From the NCBI GenBank assembly GCA_037142195.1, contig JBAXBA010000003.1:24104-88103 (forward strand): a stretch of DNA of 64,000 bases, written 5' to 3'. Positions 9,493-18,125 of the stretch are shown piece by piece. Below the pieces are notes generated by a model. The model ran no database searches and was not told the origin of the DNA. It worked only from the letters and a program-made list of their open reading frames with translations. A program made the translations under genes and the position numbers. Positions within the stretch are counted from its first letter, which is position 1. Each line of letters opens with the position of its first letter. This DNA is from Pseudomonadota bacterium (lineage in GTDB: Bacteria > Bdellovibrionota_B > Oligoflexia > Oligoflexales > CAIMVM01).

Positions 9493-10572
9493 TTATTTTG
9501 CTTTGCTCAACACTTCTATATCACCCTTACCGCTAAGGGCGTCCTGGCTTAAAAGACTCAAGAAGTGAACGAAGCTGGGCTCATAATTGAAACTGCTTTG
9601 AACTACAACTTTCGCTTCTGGTTTCGCTTCGGAAATCACCGTACGTTGGCCCACATTTTCATCATAAAGGGTTTCAATGTTGTCTATTGTGAAGGAAATG
9701 CGTCCATTGATCAGGATATTGGGGCAATCAGCGCTGGCAGCTAACCAATGGGCTTGATCTTTAGAGTCGGGAAGTGTCCACTTGGCTCCGAGTTCGGAAT
9801 GATTCTGAAAACCTGTCGCTACAAGATTTGCAGGAAATCTTGCCTTCATATCTTCGTAAGCGCTGAGCATCTGGGAAAAGGCAGGATCGCCATTTTCAGG
9901 CAAATACGTCGGTAGCCCATGGGAAGGCAAGTAAATACAAACATCTGCAGGGCTAATGCCAGCAAAGTTTTCTGACAAGCCGGTGCGTATTGAGTCTGCT
10001 AACAAATCACGAAAACGTGCATCATCACTAAAGCTTTTAACTACGGTTACTTTAGGAGAGTATTCGGAGTGAAGCTTCAGATATTTTTGCACTTCGCGAA
10101 CATTGATTCCCTGAGTTACTTTCGAGTACTGTGCGCCTTGGTTAAAAACAAGCAGATCGGTAATTCCATCGGCTTGAATTTCTGCCATAGCTTCACGTAC
10201 ATAAGGATAGGTAAAAATAAAGCCTGTATAGGCCTTTGCTTCAATCCCTAAAGTTGCCAATTCTTTTTGCACCGCATCGGCCTGCTTACGGGCCGTTTCT
10301 CTGTAGTTAGATCCGCCGATGACACGATACTCTTCCACGGCACCCTGGCCAGTAAACAACCACCCCAAGGTAACGACTAAACCCTTCAGGAAACCTGGAA
10401 TAGGAGCCACATCGGGATCTCGCAGAGCTGACTTCACATAGCCTTCTACTTCTTCAGGCTTATCCACGTCCCCGTAGGAAGCGAAAAGAACACCTACTTT
10501 TTTTTCTGCTCCGAAACTTTGACCAGACAAAAACATTACTATGGAAAGTAATACACCGAATTGCATTTTCAT
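9493..10572 (-). CDS. Ferrochelatase-family (class II chelatase) protein with N-terminal signal peptide
   Basis: KKVGVLFASYG, AQYSKVT, PSHGLP (catalytic His) and SFTIDNIETLYD (catalytic Glu) motifs. A ~21-aa hydrophobic leader ends QSFG-A, with an aaggag RBS. Confidence 0.8.
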   Translation of the reverse strand: MKMQFGVLLSIVMFLSGQSFGAEKKVGVLFASYGDVDKPEEVEGYVKSALRDPDVAPIPGFLKGLVVTLGWLFTGQGAVEEYRVIGGSNYRETARKQADAVQKELATLGIEAKAYTGFIFTYPYVREAMAEIQADGITDLLVFNQGAQYSKVTQGINVREVQKYLKLHSEYSPKVTVVKSFSDDARFRDLLADSIRTGLSENFAGISPADVCIYLPSHGLPTYLPENGDPAFSQMLSAYEDMKARFPANLVATGFQNHSELGAKWTLPDSKDQAHWLAASADCPNILINGRISFTIDNIETLYDENVGQRTVISEAKPEAKVVVQSSFNYEPSFVHFLSLLSQDALSGKGDIEVLSKAK

Positions 10573-10627
10573 AAATTCTCCCTTTAATACCAGTTAATGA
10601 ACACCTCTGCGGCACGGGGTTTTCCTA

Positions 10628-10643
10628 TGCAAAAAAGTATCCA
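10628..10643 (-). promoter_or_regulatory. Sigma54 (-24/-12) promoter upstream of the chelatase gene
   Basis: The minus strand reads TGGATACTTTTTTGCA (GG-N10-GC). The palindrome AGTGC-N9-GCACT at 10811-10829 is a candidate activator site. Confidence 0.5.
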
Positions 10644-11056
10644 AGTTCTCTAGAAACCTCTCCTTTCATATCATAGCCAGACCCATAAGGCAGCTCATTT
10701 CCTTAGCGGCGCTTAGTCCATGGAGACGGCGTGCTTATTTCATGGGCGCTTAACTGAAAAAAGTGCAGAATCCCGCCCTTTTTGAAATATCAGACCAAGC
10801 AAGGAGCTCAAGTGCCCAAGTACTGCACTGTAGAGGAGTCTTTCGAGTGGGGCTTTTAAAACTCGATTTTTGCGCTAGCAAGACCCAAAAGCCTAGCCAG
10901 ATAGCACATCAAAAAGACGAAAGCCTGCCTTTACATGGCACGGATGAAAGGAAGAAATAGTCCTCGCCAGACATCAAAATGCGAGGCCGAGAGGTCCCTC
11001 AGTACTATTTGAAAAATTTGCTAAGCGTATTGAATCCCCAGCATGATAGAGCTAAA

Positions 11057-11070
11057 ATGAGAACTCATTC
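11057..11070. promoter_or_regulatory. Short inverted repeat (candidate operator) upstream of the DsbA-like gene
   Basis: AATGAG-AA-CTCATT about 40 bp before the start codon. It is only loosely Fur-box-like. Confidence 0.3.
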
Positions 11071-11106
11071 TACTTTTTTGATGACTCTGAGTGATAGGGA
11101 GATTTC

Positions 11107-12183
11107 ATGAATTTGCTAAATACCGGGCTTGTATTAGTGGGCGGGGTGGCGATTGGTTTTTTCTCATCAAAACTAGTCCCGACAAAGCCATTTAATGTTG
11201 CCATGTGCTACAAAGAGGGCGCAGCCCCCGATAATTCTGGGATTTTCTCACTTGATGAAAAGACCTATAGCCTAAGCGATCTTCCTTTATCAAGTCAACA
11301 AGAAGTGCTCCAAACGAATCAATCTAGTTATGATCAAAATCTTCGCGCCCTTGAGCAAGTGGCTCTGCGTTTAAGTATCGCCAAAGAGAAAAAAATTCCT
11401 GTTTCAGGTAGCCAGATTCCTACCTTTGAAGAGCTTTTCAAAGATGACTGGGTAAAAGAAGATGACGTCAAACAATTTTATGAAAAGAACAAGAAGTCCT
11501 TTCCTGCAACCGCCTCCCTAGAAACCATGGGCCCAAGCATCAAAAGACATCTTGAGTTAATACAAGTCCAAACACTATCCAGAACCAAGTTGAAAGAGCT
11601 TAAAGACGCAGGAAAGTTCCAAACTCTGCTCCGCCCACCTTGTGGTCCAAAAATTGAGTTTGATTCTACAAACCAGCCCACCATTACCTCTAAAGTGAAA
11701 ATCAATAACAACCTCACTCTTATTAGTGACTTTTCCTGTCCCCAATGCCGTGGGGCCTATCTAGGGCTCTCTTCTGTATGGGACCAACTGTCTGAAAATG
11801 CAAACATAGTGCATATAGCTTACGCACAAGATGAAGCTAGTTTAGGATTTGCCCTGGCTAAAGGAGCCGTTTGTGCTGCCAAGCAAGGTGAAGAAAAATC
11901 CCAGTCATGGTTTCGGGCTGCCTATTTGGCATCGATGAAAGCCACATCCAATGGTCCCAATACAAAAACATTAGTCGAAGGCGCCATATCCGACTCAAGT
12001 CTCGATAAGGGAGTATTTGACTCTTGTTTTGAATCCCCAGAAACCTCTGAAATTATAAGAAAAAACAACAAATTAGCAAAAGAATACAATATCGCTGACA
12101 GAATGGCAGTTTTCCTCAATAAACGTCTTGTAGTGAGCACCATACCTGATGAAATTTTAGAGCTCACAAAACGGGCGCGATAG
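11107..12183 (+). CDS. DsbA-like thioredoxin-fold protein with N-terminal helical domain
   Basis: N-terminal anchor, SDFSCPQC motif, A..A.CAAKQG and FDSC.ES motifs typical of deltaproteobacterial-type DsbA-like proteins. Confidence 0.75.
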   Translation: MNLLNTGLVLVGGVAIGFFSSKLVPTKPFNVAMCYKEGAAPDNSGIFSLDEKTYSLSDLPLSSQQEVLQTNQSSYDQNLRALEQVALRLSIAKEKKIPVSGSQIPTFEELFKDDWVKEDDVKQFYEKNKKSFPATASLETMGPSIKRHLELIQVQTLSRTKLKELKDAGKFQTLLRPPCGPKIEFDSTNQPTITSKVKINNNLTLISDFSCPQCRGAYLGLSSVWDQLSENANIVHIAYAQDEASLGFALAKGAVCAAKQGEEKSQSWFRAAYLASMKATSNGPNTKTLVEGAISDSSLDKGVFDSCFESPETSEIIRKNNKLAKEYNIADRMAVFLNKRLVVSTIPDEILELTKRAR

Positions 12184-12203
12184 TAAGCATCCACTCTACG
12201 ATG

Positions 12204-12234
12204 AGCAGGCCTTCCTAGGAAGGCCTGCTTTTTT
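12204..12234 (+). terminator. Intrinsic terminator
   Basis: Perfect inverted repeat agcaggccttcc-ta-ggaaggcctgct followed by a T-tract. Confidence 0.85.
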
Positions 12235-12350
12235 GGTCCTCTCTATTTTTGTCCTAAGGGAGTCTGCTTGATTTTCTTCTTGCTATTTGCGGAATTGCAG
12301 AGAGCCATTGCGCTTTATGCCACTATTTAGTTACTATGCCTCCTTTATAA

Positions 12351-14276
12351 ATGAACGGAGAGCCCTGCTTGTCTAAGTCATCTCATGAGAGCCTGTCGAC
12401 AGAATCTAGCCACCCAAAATCAAATATTCATGCCTTAGTATTGGGAGCTATGGGGGTTGTATTCGGAGATATTGGAACCTCGCCTCTCTACGCGATTCGA
12501 GAATCTTTTCATGGCGCCCATGCATTTCCAGCAAATGAAATGAATATCCTAGGTGCTCTATCCATGATTTTCTGGTCCTTGATGATGATCATAAGCCTGA
12601 AGTATGTGGTTCTTATTTTGAGGGCTGACAATAAGGGCGAGGGGGGGATTTTAGCCCTTGAAACTTTGGCTAGAAAGAATGGAATGCTTCATAGTCGGGG
12701 AGCCACTGTGATCATGCTCATTGGGATTTTCGGGGCCACGCTCCTTTATGGAGACGGAATTATCACACCTGCCATTTCTGTTTTGTCTGCTTTGGAAGGC
12801 CTCAAAGTGGCCACTCCCGTATTTGAGCCCTTTGTGCCGTTGATTACGATTATGATTCTGGGTTGTCTTTTTTCTGTCCAAAAGTATGGCACTGGCAAAA
12901 TTGGGGCGATTTTTGGGCCCATTACCATGGCTTGGTTTGTCGCACTTGGCCTTTTAGGACTAAAGCAGATATGGGCTCATCCGGCAGTTTTAGCAGCAGC
13001 AAATCCAATTCACGCCTATCGCTTCTTTGTCGAAAATGGCAGCCATGGCTATATCATTTTAGGAACGATCTTCCTTACGGTCACAGGCGGTGAGGCTCTT
13101 TATGCAGATATGGGCCATTTTGGGAAAACGCCCATCCGAATTGGTTGGTTTACGGTCGTTCTCCCTTGTCTTATGCTTAATTATTTTGGCCAGGGCGCTC
13201 TCCTCATAATAGATCCAACTGCGGTGGAAAATCCCTTTTACCGCATGGTACCAAGCTATGCCCTTTATCCAATGGTGGCGTTAGCGACCTTGGCCACAGT
13301 GATCGCTTCCCAAGCCCTCATTACAGGCGTCTATTCTTTGACCAAACAAGCCATCCAACTTGGTTTCTGTCCGAGGATGTCCATCATTCATACGTCTGAT
13401 AAGGAAATCGGTCAGATTTACATTCCTTTTGTCAATTGGGCGCTCTTTATAGGCGCTGCCTGGTTAGTCGTTGAATTTCAAAATTCCTCTTCCATGGCTG
13501 CCGCCTATGGTATTGCGGTTTCCGCAACCATGTTGGTAACCACGTTTCTCGCTATCATCGTAGCAAGGCGCGTTTGGAAATGGCCGGTATGGGTGATTTC
13601 TAGCGTGTTCATTCCCTTTATGCTTATTGATATTGCCTTCTTTGGCTCCAATGCCCTCAAGATTCTTGTCGGCGGATGGATTCCTTTAGTGATCGCTTCT
13701 TGCATTTTCCTACTCATGTCCACCTGGATCAGAGGCCGCAAACTTTTGTCTGACGGACTAGCAGAGCACTCTTTAACCTTTGATGCCCTCATCTCTGAAT
13801 TTAAAGAGAAAAACTATGGAAGAGTAGAAGGAACTGCTATCTATATGTCGGGACGCCCCGATACAGTCCCCCTCCCTTTGAGCCACAATACAAGACACAA
13901 CAAAGTGGTCCACGAGCGCGTCGTTTTCATTACCTTTAGTACGATGGATATTCCCCATGTATTACCGGCCCGCCGCGTGGCTATTGAGGACTTAACCTAT
14001 GGCTTCTTTCGGGTTGTTGTCTCCCTAGGCTTTATGGATGATCCCAATCTGCAAAATGTCATCAAACTCATGAGCGCGCAGGGATTAGAAATCAATCCGG
14101 AAGCATCTACATTCTTCCTAGGTCGAGAAATTGTCTTAGCCACTCGAAAACGCGGCATGGCTATATGGAGAGAAAAGATGTTTGCGTTTATGGGTAAAAA
14201 TGCTCAGTCGCCTGTTTCTTACTTTAATCTACCTGCAAAACAGGTTATGGAAGTAGGAATTCAAATTGAAATTTAA
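12351..14276 (+). CDS. kup: Potassium transporter Kup
   Basis: GVVFGDIGTSPLY, ADNKGEGG, DGIITPAISVLSA, TGGEALYADMGHFG and GQIYIP motifs. Confidence 0.96.
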   Translation: MNGEPCLSKSSHESLSTESSHPKSNIHALVLGAMGVVFGDIGTSPLYAIRESFHGAHAFPANEMNILGALSMIFWSLMMIISLKYVVLILRADNKGEGGILALETLARKNGMLHSRGATVIMLIGIFGATLLYGDGIITPAISVLSALEGLKVATPVFEPFVPLITIMILGCLFSVQKYGTGKIGAIFGPITMAWFVALGLLGLKQIWAHPAVLAAANPIHAYRFFVENGSHGYIILGTIFLTVTGGEALYADMGHFGKTPIRIGWFTVVLPCLMLNYFGQGALLIIDPTAVENPFYRMVPSYALYPMVALATLATVIASQALITGVYSLTKQAIQLGFCPRMSIIHTSDKEIGQIYIPFVNWALFIGAAWLVVEFQNSSSMAAAYGIAVSATMLVTTFLAIIVARRVWKWPVWVISSVFIPFMLIDIAFFGSNALKILVGGWIPLVIASCIFLLMSTWIRGRKLLSDGLAEHSLTFDALISEFKEKNYGRVEGTAIYMSGRPDTVPLPLSHNTRHNKVVHERVVFITFSTMDIPHVLPARRVAIEDLTYGFFRVVVSLGFMDDPNLQNVIKLMSAQGLEINPEASTFFLGREIVLATRKRGMAIWREKMFAFMGKNAQSPVSYFNLPAKQVMEVGIQIEI

Positions 14277-14366
14277 TGCAGGCTTTCCTCCAAAAGGAAT
14301 CCTAAGTTTTAAGTGATATCTTTTAAATGGATTTAAGAATTGTCAACAGCCGAGAAAGGATAAGAA

Positions 14367-15110
14367 ATGGGACGCCACGCCACTGTTGCCGGAAGGCAAG
14401 CTAGTTCTGCAGCTATGAAAGGTAAACTATTTACAAAATTAGCGCGAGAAATCATGGTCTCTGCTCGAAGCGGCAGCGACCTGAATTCCAATTCAAGATT
14501 GCGACTTGCTGTAGAAAAAGCTCGTGAACAAAATATGCCCAAAGACAATATAGAAAGAGCCATTAAAAAGGGCTCAGGAGAACTAGAAGGCGCAAGCTAC
14601 GAAGAGATCACCTATGAAGGCTATGGCCCCCAAGGAACAGCGATTTTAGTGGAAGTTCTTACTGACAATCGCAACCGAACCAACCCCGAACTGAGAAAGA
14701 TTTTTCAAAAAAGCGGTGGAAACATGGGTGAAATGGGCAGTGTGGCGTGGATGTTCAAAAAGCGTGGCGTCTTTGATATTGATTTAAGCAAGCACACAGA
14801 AGATCAAGTCATGGAAGCTGCTTTAGAAGCGGGCGCTGAAGATGTGGTTACGGACGAAGGTGTGATTACTATCTACACAGATCCTGTATTATTTTCTCCC
14901 GTGAAAACGGCGTTAATCAATGCGGGAATCTCCTTTGAGCAAGCCTCTATTGATATGATCCCGGAAAATACCACCAAAGTATCTTCAGATGCTGCCAAGC
15001 AAGCTTGGGAGCTCGTACAAAAACTGGAAGATTACGACGATACCCAAAAAGTCTTTTATAACTTTGAGATCGATAAAGAGGAATTTGATAAAATTCTAGC
15101 TTCTAAGTAG
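14367..15110 (+). CDS. yebC: YebC/PmpR family protein
   Basis: KLFTKLAREI, NMPKDNIERAIKKG, YEGYGP and TDNRNRT motifs. Confidence 0.93.
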   Translation: MGRHATVAGRQASSAAMKGKLFTKLAREIMVSARSGSDLNSNSRLRLAVEKAREQNMPKDNIERAIKKGSGELEGASYEEITYEGYGPQGTAILVEVLTDNRNRTNPELRKIFQKSGGNMGEMGSVAWMFKKRGVFDIDLSKHTEDQVMEAALEAGAEDVVTDEGVITIYTDPVLFSPVKTALINAGISFEQASIDMIPENTTKVSSDAAKQAWELVQKLEDYDDTQKVFYNFEIDKEEFDKILASK

Positions 15111-15207
15111 ATGCAGACGGAATCTAATTCCCTGACGTGTCAATTTTAATTGTTTTTAAAACAAGCCCCGGATAAAATTAAGTCTCAATTAATCAGAGGC
15201 TTAATTT

Positions 15208-16713
15208 ATGAATGCAAAGCTGACTTTGTTGATTTTGGGATTTGTTACCATTAACAATTCCTCTTGCGCAAGCGCTCGTTCCTCCCAGTTCACTTCAGGC
15301 ACTACGGAACCTGCTGGGATTTATGGTGACTACAACCGAAATGGTGTTATTGACGAGGGAGATCGGGCTTCAGGGATATGGGACTGGAATTCCGGCGGCG
15401 CCTTCATGATGGCTGACATCGTAGATGCCAATAAGAATAAAATCCCTGATTTTATGGATTTCGGTCCTCGAACGCCAGCCATGCTCAAGCAATTTGTACC
15501 CCTTAAAATCGACCGGACGGGAACTTTCACGTTTACCCATAATGGGGGACAGCATGTACTCGTCTACAAGGAAGATGGAAGCTCCGAAGTGAAGTCCGGC
15601 TCTCAAGTGGAAGGCCCCACCACATTAATGGTGGCTGCGAAGTACTTTGCAGGTATGAATAGTTTTTCCGGTTATGTTAATTTTAGAATTGATGGAGCTT
15701 CTGTAAGCGATAATACGACTTTTAGAGTCGCTCCTTGGATTATGCTTCCCAACGCAGCCATGACCAAGAAATTGTATATTGCTGATGGGCCTTATCGAGA
15801 TGCCCACCTTCTCAAAGAGTCTTTGCAACCCTTCGTCAATGTGCAAGTCTTTGGAACCTCCATGTGGCAAGAAATGTGGATGCAAGACACCATCGAAATC
15901 GGCTATCAAGAAGTACCTGGCAAAGGGATTCAATATGCGGCTCTGCAGGCGGACCGCTGCGATGATAAAGAGTGCGATCATTTTGCTCCCACTTTGCTTT
16001 CTGAAAGCTTTGGTGTTTTTAGAATCCCAGCTCACCCTCGAAAAGGTTACGGTGCTTGGGATGACTGGTTTGGAAACTTAGAGGTTTCCCCTGCGACTCC
16101 CAAGTGGCCTCTCGGCAGAATCTATTTTGGAAAGAACCTTAACGAAAATCTAGCAAACATACTGAGACAACAAGAAGTACAAAGTCCTTTTGTCATCGAC
16201 CCCACTTGGCTACTTATAAAACATGTAGATGAATTTCTAAATTTCGTGGTGGATGCGGAAGGTAACGCAAAAATGATTGTAGCAAGTCCCCAGCTGGCCT
16301 CAAAGCTAGGCGGAACTCCCCTCAGTGCTCAAAATGCCAACATACAAGTTCGCGTTGATCGCGATGTAAACATAGCCCTAAATGCGTTAGGCATGAGCCC
16401 ATCAGACGTCATTCGATTTCCAGTTCTTTATGGTGCGGGTGGGGAAAACTTATGGTCTAGTCCGATCAACTCCGTTCATCTAAACCGCACCGTTGCTGTC
16501 GGCAATACGGGACAGAACGGACCAGGAACCCTAAAATCCTCGCCCTATGGAAAGAGCATCGAAGAGGGATTTGCCCAAGCAGGAATCAAGACTCTTTGGG
16601 TAGACGATAGAGCCTATCAGCCCAACCATGGCAATGTTCACTGTGGGACCAATACTCTCAAGGAACCAGCAAAAACATCTTTTTGGAGATTAAATTTTAA
16701 CTCTAAGAACTGA
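15208..16713 (+). CDS. Protein-arginine deiminase (PAD) family protein, exported
   Basis: FRVAPWIM, WMQDTIEIGY, GNLEVSP, GRIYFG, WLLIKHVDEF and GNVHCGTN motifs. Signal or lipoprotein-like N-terminus. Confidence 0.88.
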   Translation: MNAKLTLLILGFVTINNSSCASARSSQFTSGTTEPAGIYGDYNRNGVIDEGDRASGIWDWNSGGAFMMADIVDANKNKIPDFMDFGPRTPAMLKQFVPLKIDRTGTFTFTHNGGQHVLVYKEDGSSEVKSGSQVEGPTTLMVAAKYFAGMNSFSGYVNFRIDGASVSDNTTFRVAPWIMLPNAAMTKKLYIADGPYRDAHLLKESLQPFVNVQVFGTSMWQEMWMQDTIEIGYQEVPGKGIQYAALQADRCDDKECDHFAPTLLSESFGVFRIPAHPRKGYGAWDDWFGNLEVSPATPKWPLGRIYFGKNLNENLANILRQQEVQSPFVIDPTWLLIKHVDEFLNFVVDAEGNAKMIVASPQLASKLGGTPLSAQNANIQVRVDRDVNIALNALGMSPSDVIRFPVLYGAGGENLWSSPINSVHLNRTVAVGNTGQNGPGTLKSSPYGKSIEEGFAQAGIKTLWVDDRAYQPNHGNVHCGTNTLKEPAKTSFWRLNFNSKN

Positions 16714-16804
16714 TTTCGGTTGAGAAAATCCTTTTCATGCTTGAAGCGGCTTCCTTGTTCTTAGCAGTTTTAAAATTTTCCAATCCCATCTTAGGACACA
16801 AAAT

Positions 16805-16845
16805 AACTTGCCCTCTGATTACAAATCAAAGGGCAAGTTTTTTTT
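16805..16845. terminator. Bidirectional intrinsic terminator
   Basis: aacttgccctctgatt-aca-aatcaaagggcaagtt followed by a T-tract, between convergent genes. Confidence 0.8.
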
Positions 16846-16854
16846 GAGAGAGCT

Positions 16855-17787
16855 TTATGGGATGACTAAGATGGGGTAACCGCCAGAGTAGTTTCCATAC
16901 CGAGCTATACAAGCACCATGGGGTTTAAGATCGTGTCTGGTATTGTAAGTTCCACCTTGAGCTGAAAAGCTTCCGCTAGTTACCGTAGAAAATCTAATCC
17001 AGTTTCCATTGATTTGAGTCAGCCCAGAAGCTGTTCCTAATGCTGTCGGGAGAATTCTTACGCCGTTTTTAACTACATAAGAGAAACTATTTAAAATCGA
17101 GACCAGTTTCCCTGAATCATCAAGCACAGTAACCATATTGCCATTTCCGTTTGCAGCGAGAGCAAGTTCACTATAGGCCGTTAGGTTAAAGGTCATACCA
17201 CCAACAGTAATCGATCGATTGATCGGCATCAGACAGGCACTCACCGGATTAGGATTTTTCGGTGCTGGTGCTGGTGCTGGTGCTGGTGCTGGTACGGGAA
17301 CAGGCACGGGAGCAGGAGCTGGCGTTGGCACGGGAACAGGTCTTGGTGCCGGTGCCGGTGCCGGTGCCGGAGTAGGAAGTGGAAGTGGAATCGGCGTTGG
17401 CGCTGGAGTCGGAAGAGGCGTTGGCGCCGGAGCAGGACTAGGCCAAGGAGCGGGACTCGGGGCTGGTAATGGTAATGGCACCGGTACCGGATTCGAATAA
17501 GGCGGCTTGTCGTAACCAGGGCCTGGAGTCGGCAAAGGAAGTGTATTTTGAGGACCCTGAGGGTTTGTTTGAGGGGGATAGTACTGAGGAGGCGTAGGAT
17601 TTCCACAATTCACAGTACAGTTAGGATTCGTGGGCGCGGGCATCGGTTGACCGACCGGAGGCTGATACTGGGGTTGTGGGTTCCCAACGCCATTTTTACC
17701 TCTTAAGTTCGCTTTGCTAGAGCATGCACTTATGAAAACCAAGCTCATGATAGTAAGACTCATAGGTGCAACAAGTTTGATTTTCAT
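16855..17787 (-). CDS. Proline-rich lipoprotein (Pro-Ala/Pro-Thr/Pro-Val stalk plus C-terminal beta-rich domain)
   Basis: Lipobox FISAC, ggagg RBS, about 150 aa of Pro-rich sequence with (PA)n runs, and a Cys-bracketed C-terminal domain. Confidence 0.8.
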   Translation of the reverse strand: MKIKLVAPMSLTIMSLVFISACSSKANLRGKNGVGNPQPQYQPPVGQPMPAPTNPNCTVNCGNPTPPQYYPPQTNPQGPQNTLPLPTPGPGYDKPPYSNPVPVPLPLPAPSPAPWPSPAPAPTPLPTPAPTPIPLPLPTPAPAPAPAPRPVPVPTPAPAPVPVPVPAPAPAPAPAPKNPNPVSACLMPINRSITVGGMTFNLTAYSELALAANGNGNMVTVLDDSGKLVSILNSFSYVVKNGVRILPTALGTASGLTQINGNWIRFSTVTSGSFSAQGGTYNTRHDLKPHGACIARYGNYSGGYPILVIP

Positions 17788-17830
17788 AAATCCTCCGCTA
17801 AGGGGTAAAATCCCCTCTCAAAGCCATAGC

Positions 17831-17846
17831 TGCAAACCTTGTGCCT
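17831..17846 (-). promoter_or_regulatory. Sigma54 (-24/-12) promoter
   Basis: The minus strand reads AGGCACAAGGTTTGCA, a near-consensus GGCAC-N5-TTGCA, about 45 bp upstream of the ATG. Confidence 0.8.
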
Positions 17847-18125
17847 GTTTTAGTGCCTGCCTATCCTGCTGTAAACAATGAAAAAAACAATATTTGGCAG
17901 GGCTTGCTGTTTAGAAGATGTCTAAGTCAAGCCTCAAAAGTGTCAAGACTCTAGCCACCTCATGGATGGTAGATATCTTCTCGCAAGGGACATAAATCCT
18001 GATTAAATCGAACTATTTCCTAACTATAAACGAATACTCTTTACAGATTCGACCCTATATTTCTACTCTGGAAGGGATTAGACTGGCTCGGTTAGGTTTG
18101 AATTCTTTTTTTAGGATGAGGCTTT

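Noticed and set aside
17219..17606. Gly-Ala-rich and His/Arg-rich ORFs
   Set aside because: They are antisense and shifted frames of the proline-rich lipoprotein gene, which has the RBS, lipobox and promoter.
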